Origin: Oopsacas minuta
Taxonomy: Eukaryota; Animalia; Porifera
Direction of reading: 5' to 3'
Length of the DNA stretch: 64,000 nucleotides
Assembly (NCBI GenBank): GCA_024704765.1
Contig: JAKMXF010000320.1
Span: 62,001-126,000 of the forward strand
Position 1 is the stretch's first letter, and the number at the start of each line of letters is the position of its first letter. Position numbers and translations under genes: made by a program. Positions 59,727 through 64,000 of this stretch are shown here, one piece after another. A model generated the notes under the pieces. That model was not told the origin of the DNA. It ran no database searches and worked only from the letters and a program-made list of their open reading frames with translations.

Positions 59727-60287
59727 CAAGGCCGTAGTCATGAAAATATAAGTGGTCCTGCTGGATACAGCAAAACAAGACCAAGTGGTTAGGTAAAGCT
59801 ATATAATACAGGGGCGTTGGAAATGCCGCGATTGCCGAAACTTTTGTTAGCTTGCACTTTTCAGGGTTTCTTCCAGGGGGGCATTTGCCCCCCTTTAGAA
59901 ATGACATTTTAGTCATTTCTAAGGGGCCATGCCCCCCTATAGTTACTTTGGGACGAGTGGAAGGATTCTAAAATTGGTGTCCCACTGTATATTCAGTATC
60001 CCTTCTAAGAATCAGCCAGGAAAATAGCTAAATTTCCAGCTTTGGCGGGTGGCGATTGTTCAGCCTAATACATGACGGCAGACCCCTTAGCTAGAGAACT
60101 ATGTATTTCTATTAAGTATTTACAATTCCCTTATGGGTGGGGTAAACCTTACTTTTGATAATATTATCAATGAGCCGCTGTAATAAGGTTGAGCTGTACA
60201 ACCTGGCAGTTTGTGACATATTGGAAAATTGCAGGTAAATGTGGTCAGGTTGAAACCTGACTAACCGGACCGGTGACTACGGCCTTG
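59727..60287. mobile_element. 561-bp TIR element with 5-bp TSD
   Basis: Perfect 14-bp TIR CAAGGCCGTAGTCA / TGACTACGGCCTTG; CATTG at 59722-59726 and 60288-60292. Confidence 0.85.
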
Positions 60288-60913
60288 CATTGCCTTAGCG
60301 CATGAATGCTATGCTCCCACCATTGTGATGTACCAGCGTATTTTAACTCGAGTTATATATATCCGAGTTTTTCGAGCGTATTTACATTAGATTTAGTGGA
60401 AAAGAGGTCTTAGATGTTGCCCCAGGGTATTATAATTTTAACACACTATTCGAGTTCTTGTCTAGGGTATTTATCATGCGATCTAGATGTAAGGCGTGGA
60501 AATTACCACATGGGGGACAAGTAAGTTGCCCCTCGCGGGAGCATTTCCTCTGGGTAATAGGTTACTACATGACAGTATACTCTGGCGTAGAATGTAAGCA
60601 TCAGTACGAGTTGACTGACAATCTACTTAAATATACTCGACTAAATTCTAAATATACTCGAGCATATGTGCCCAAAGTTATATTTTATTATCAGAAATAT
60701 AACATAGTTTTTGAAGATATATACGTCATATACGTCAAGTATGATCTTTAATAATACGAGGGCTCCTCCTACTAGCTCTTACAGAGTCGATTAAATTACG
60801 GCTAATTAAGAGGAGCCTTCGCATTTTAGAGGCATTCGGAGATGTTGGTGATTTACTATATTTGACTCCACTATTTCATTATTTTCTAAAGCTTACTTCA
60901 AATACCTCCTAGA

Positions 60914-61376
60914 CAAGGGCGGCGCCAGGATTTTGCGAACGGAGGGCTGGGCCTGGCGACACGTTTTACCGCAGGGGCCAAGCTCGCTCGACATATCTAT
61001 TAAATTATTCAATATATTCGCCTTTAATGCCAGAAAATTCTATGACCTGTTGCTTTGGATGAAAAATATATGTAAAATCAGAAATGAAGACATAGATTAT
61101 TAAGGTAATATGGTACTAACAATAAAGCACAAAATTTTATGCAAACATGGCCTGTCATCAACTGAATGAGAAACAAGAGTTTCGGAGAAGGCGGAATATT
61201 AGCTAAATTATGCACCTATAAAAACAAACTTAAAAACACATGTACTTTTAAAACAAACAAATTTCGGAAAAAACAAAACAAAGACGAAGCAAGTTCGGTC
61301 AATAATTTCTAAATTTTTATCTCCTGAAAATTAAGGGGGGCTTGAGCCCCCCAAATTTGTCCTGGCGCCACTCCTA
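60914..61376. mobile_element. hAT-type MITE (463 bp)
   Basis: Imperfect TIR (CAAGGGCGGCGCCAGGA; right end reverse-complemented TAGGAGTGGCGCCAGGA); perfect 8-bp TSD CTCCTAGA at 60906-60913 and 61377-61384. Confidence 0.85.
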
Positions 61377-62642
61377 CTCCTAGATGTAGCTATAGGTGTT
61401 TTGAATCGATATTGTACTAGGTCATTTTGTGACACTCTGGCTATATTGGAGTAGGCATTTACCGTGGATTAACTGCTTGGATGTTGTTTGGGTTATTTTA
61501 AGACACTCCATTTCTGGCAGTGTTGGTGTGAGTGCGATCTTTAACAAATTAGCTAAGAATATCTCATCCGTTTGGGAATTTTTTTGAGTAGTAATGAGAT
61601 ATCATATCATCAGAGAAGGTGTAAAATTGAACAAACTTCAATCATTGAAGTCTGATCACTTTTTATTTCGTAATCAGCGTAAAATTCCCCGTCATTTAAG
61701 TGGCCACATGACCATATTTGGGAATATTTTTCAATAGCAACACAAGTCTCAGGAATGTATCAACATTCCATTCTCAAAACTTATCAAACCCTATCGAGTG
61801 ACCTCTTGTACGATGCCGCTCGACAAATTGAGTAGTTATGTACATATGTCATAGGAGATGTTGTCAATCGGGAGATGTTGTCGATCTGATGGTATATGGC
61901 TTCAATACAGTTTTTAAGTGAATTGTGTGACTTCAACAAATTATAACTGACATGCTTCAATCGTCGTACGATCGTACGATAGCAAGATTCCACAAATAAA
62001 TAGTAAACCTAAAATGTTTTTTATTTATTCATACTTAAAATTACTGAAAATTACCATCTAAAGTAAGATTATCACACTCTTATGTAAAATATGCAAGCAT
62101 CAAAATGAAGTTATACAATTAATAGGAGATTTTATCCAATTGTCTCCATTACTAATTTTAAAACTCCGGCACTTTAAGTTCCTTGGGTATACACTTCTTT
62201 TCGGTAATCATTTTACCCTAAAAACTGTTATTGGAAAAAATCATTACCATTACGATGGAATGAAAAACAAGAAAATAATATCTGAAGAAGATTCAAATCT
62301 ACCACGAAACATGAAAGTCAATTTTGCAGTATACTTGGCTATTCCTTGTTAGTTGACCTCAAACACAAGCATTGGGGGAGTTTAGTACGTATCATTCCTA
62401 AATAAGTACATTAGATATATCGTAATATACTTGGCTAAATTATCAGTTTGCTTACTAATGGTATTAGAAACTATAAAAGTACAGTATTGAAGCCATATAC
62501 TATCAAATCGCCAACATCTCCTATAACCATATAAGCCCTCTAAACGACCTTTAACATGATTTTACGATCTCGTCCCCCGAGCCCTCCAATTTTCTTGAAA
62601 ATACATGCTAGTTAAGAGAAAGCTTACTATAAATGTATAATA

Positions 62643-63666
62643 AAGTAGAACCTCCCAAGCGGGGTATCCGGGAAACACTAACAAAATTCTGCACCCCACT
62701 TAGGGAAATACTCCACTTCTGACATTATGTATTTCAGCGTTTTTACACATTTCAATAAGTATAGTTCTAGATTTTATTGATTATTACAGCCATTTTTGAA
62801 GGAGCCACACACTGGAGCGAGATTTGAATGCTATTAGAATATAACAGGTCCAATGTTACAAAATATTGCCTTAATGACTTCAAAGAACCTGCCCAATTTG
62901 GATGGTTTTAGCACTTCTAATGGCTAGCTAGAAAGGTTCCGAAGCCGCAATAGTATTATAAGTAAAGTTATACAAGGTAAAAGAGCGTCAGCTCCTCTGA
63001 ATGCTGTCGAGGATTTCAAGAAGATATTGTCTACTCTCCTTAACAAACTCCCGATATCCATACAATGGAAAGCTACTGCCAAAGATTGGATGAATTCTAC
63101 TTCTATAATTAAATGCTAGGATTGAGACACAGAAACAGAATGTCTCGCTCTATCTTGATAACTTTTCCGGGCATGAGCGTAGATTTGAATTAGCCAAGGA
63201 ACATTAACGGTTTAATCCATGTCCCTGTTGAACGGTTACTACCGAGTTGTACTTTTCTAGTACAACGTTGATCGAGGGATTGTTAACGCTTTGAAAATTA
63301 GATATCGTAATGAATTTTATCGAAAAACCTCCTATGGATGGTGTAGATATCCTATATGCATGCGTTTGGTTGGTAGGGCATGGTATTCGTTACACAATAC
63401 ATCCATCGTTTCTCTGAGAAAGCTGGTTTCTGCTTTGAATCAGATAATGAAATCATTCCTGATCTATATTCCATGATATTGTGAATCAAGATGAAAAGGA
63501 TATCCTTGATAAAGAAGCTTTGATAGCTGAAGACGCTGAGTTATAGAAATGATTGAGTTGTTCGACGCTAAGGAAGATCAAGTTGAAGGTGCCGTAGAAC
63601 TCAAAATTCCAGCAGTGCACCCCAATACCCTACTTCTGACATACCCCACTTTTGGAGGTTCTACTG
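62643..63666 (+). mobile_element. Degraded, internally deleted pogo/Tigger transposon
   Basis: TA-flanked ends AGTAGAACCTCCCAAGCGGGGTAT / ATACCCCACTTTTGGAGGTTCTACTG. CENP-B-type HTH remnant FSTSNG*LERFRSRN...QGKRASA (62907 onward) and DDE remnant VDRGIVNALKIRYRN. Confidence 0.8.
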
Positions 63667-64000
63667 TATGTGATTTAAACGTAGATAGGGATATTTGACT
63701 AGTGATTTATGCTAACTGCTAAGTTGAACAGAAAAATCGTCTCACTATGTGTTCGCTCTTCTGTAATTGAAATATCAAAATATACGTAGAGACTTGCTCT
63801 TAACGGCTATACATGGGTATTTGAGTACGCTGAATCCGAATTTCGCATTTTCAAGTTTATCATATGTAAATTATTGTTGAATTATGAATAGTAAGTAAAC
63901 AATTATCCAAATTTCTAAATATTGTTAGAGACTTTCTCTCAACAGGCATGTGGGGTACAAATTACGCTGGACCCGGTGGCCTAAGAGAAATTACGTCGGC

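Overview
AT-rich eukaryotic DNA with an animal-type gene set. The compact, intron-poor layout suggests an early-branching animal such as a glass sponge (inference, not provable here). Host genes: a 5'-truncated ERK5/MAPK7-like kinase, focadhesin, TOM20, a 12-exon kinesin-3 (KIF1/unc-104), GalNAc kinase GALK2, a 2-exon FGD-family RhoGEF and NAA30. The accessory region at 7.7-15.3 kb holds two head-to-head, intronless copies of a His-rich TPR-like protein resembling a bacterial/fungal family. The copies are almost identical except for three short, strongly diverged patches, the pattern expected from gene conversion opposed by selection; this is the best candidate for an undescribed system. Intergenic and intronic DNA is packed with DNA transposons: a full-length but inactivated hAT, hAT-type MITEs with perfect 8-bp TSDs, a TIR family with 5-bp TSDs, a deleted Chapaev3-like element, pogo/Tc1 MITEs, a MULE transposase remnant apparently fused to a RING finger, and a modular non-autonomous Helitron-like family ending in CTCG. 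No rRNA, intact tRNA or CRISPR array was seen. All family assignments are from motif recognition by eye, without database searches.
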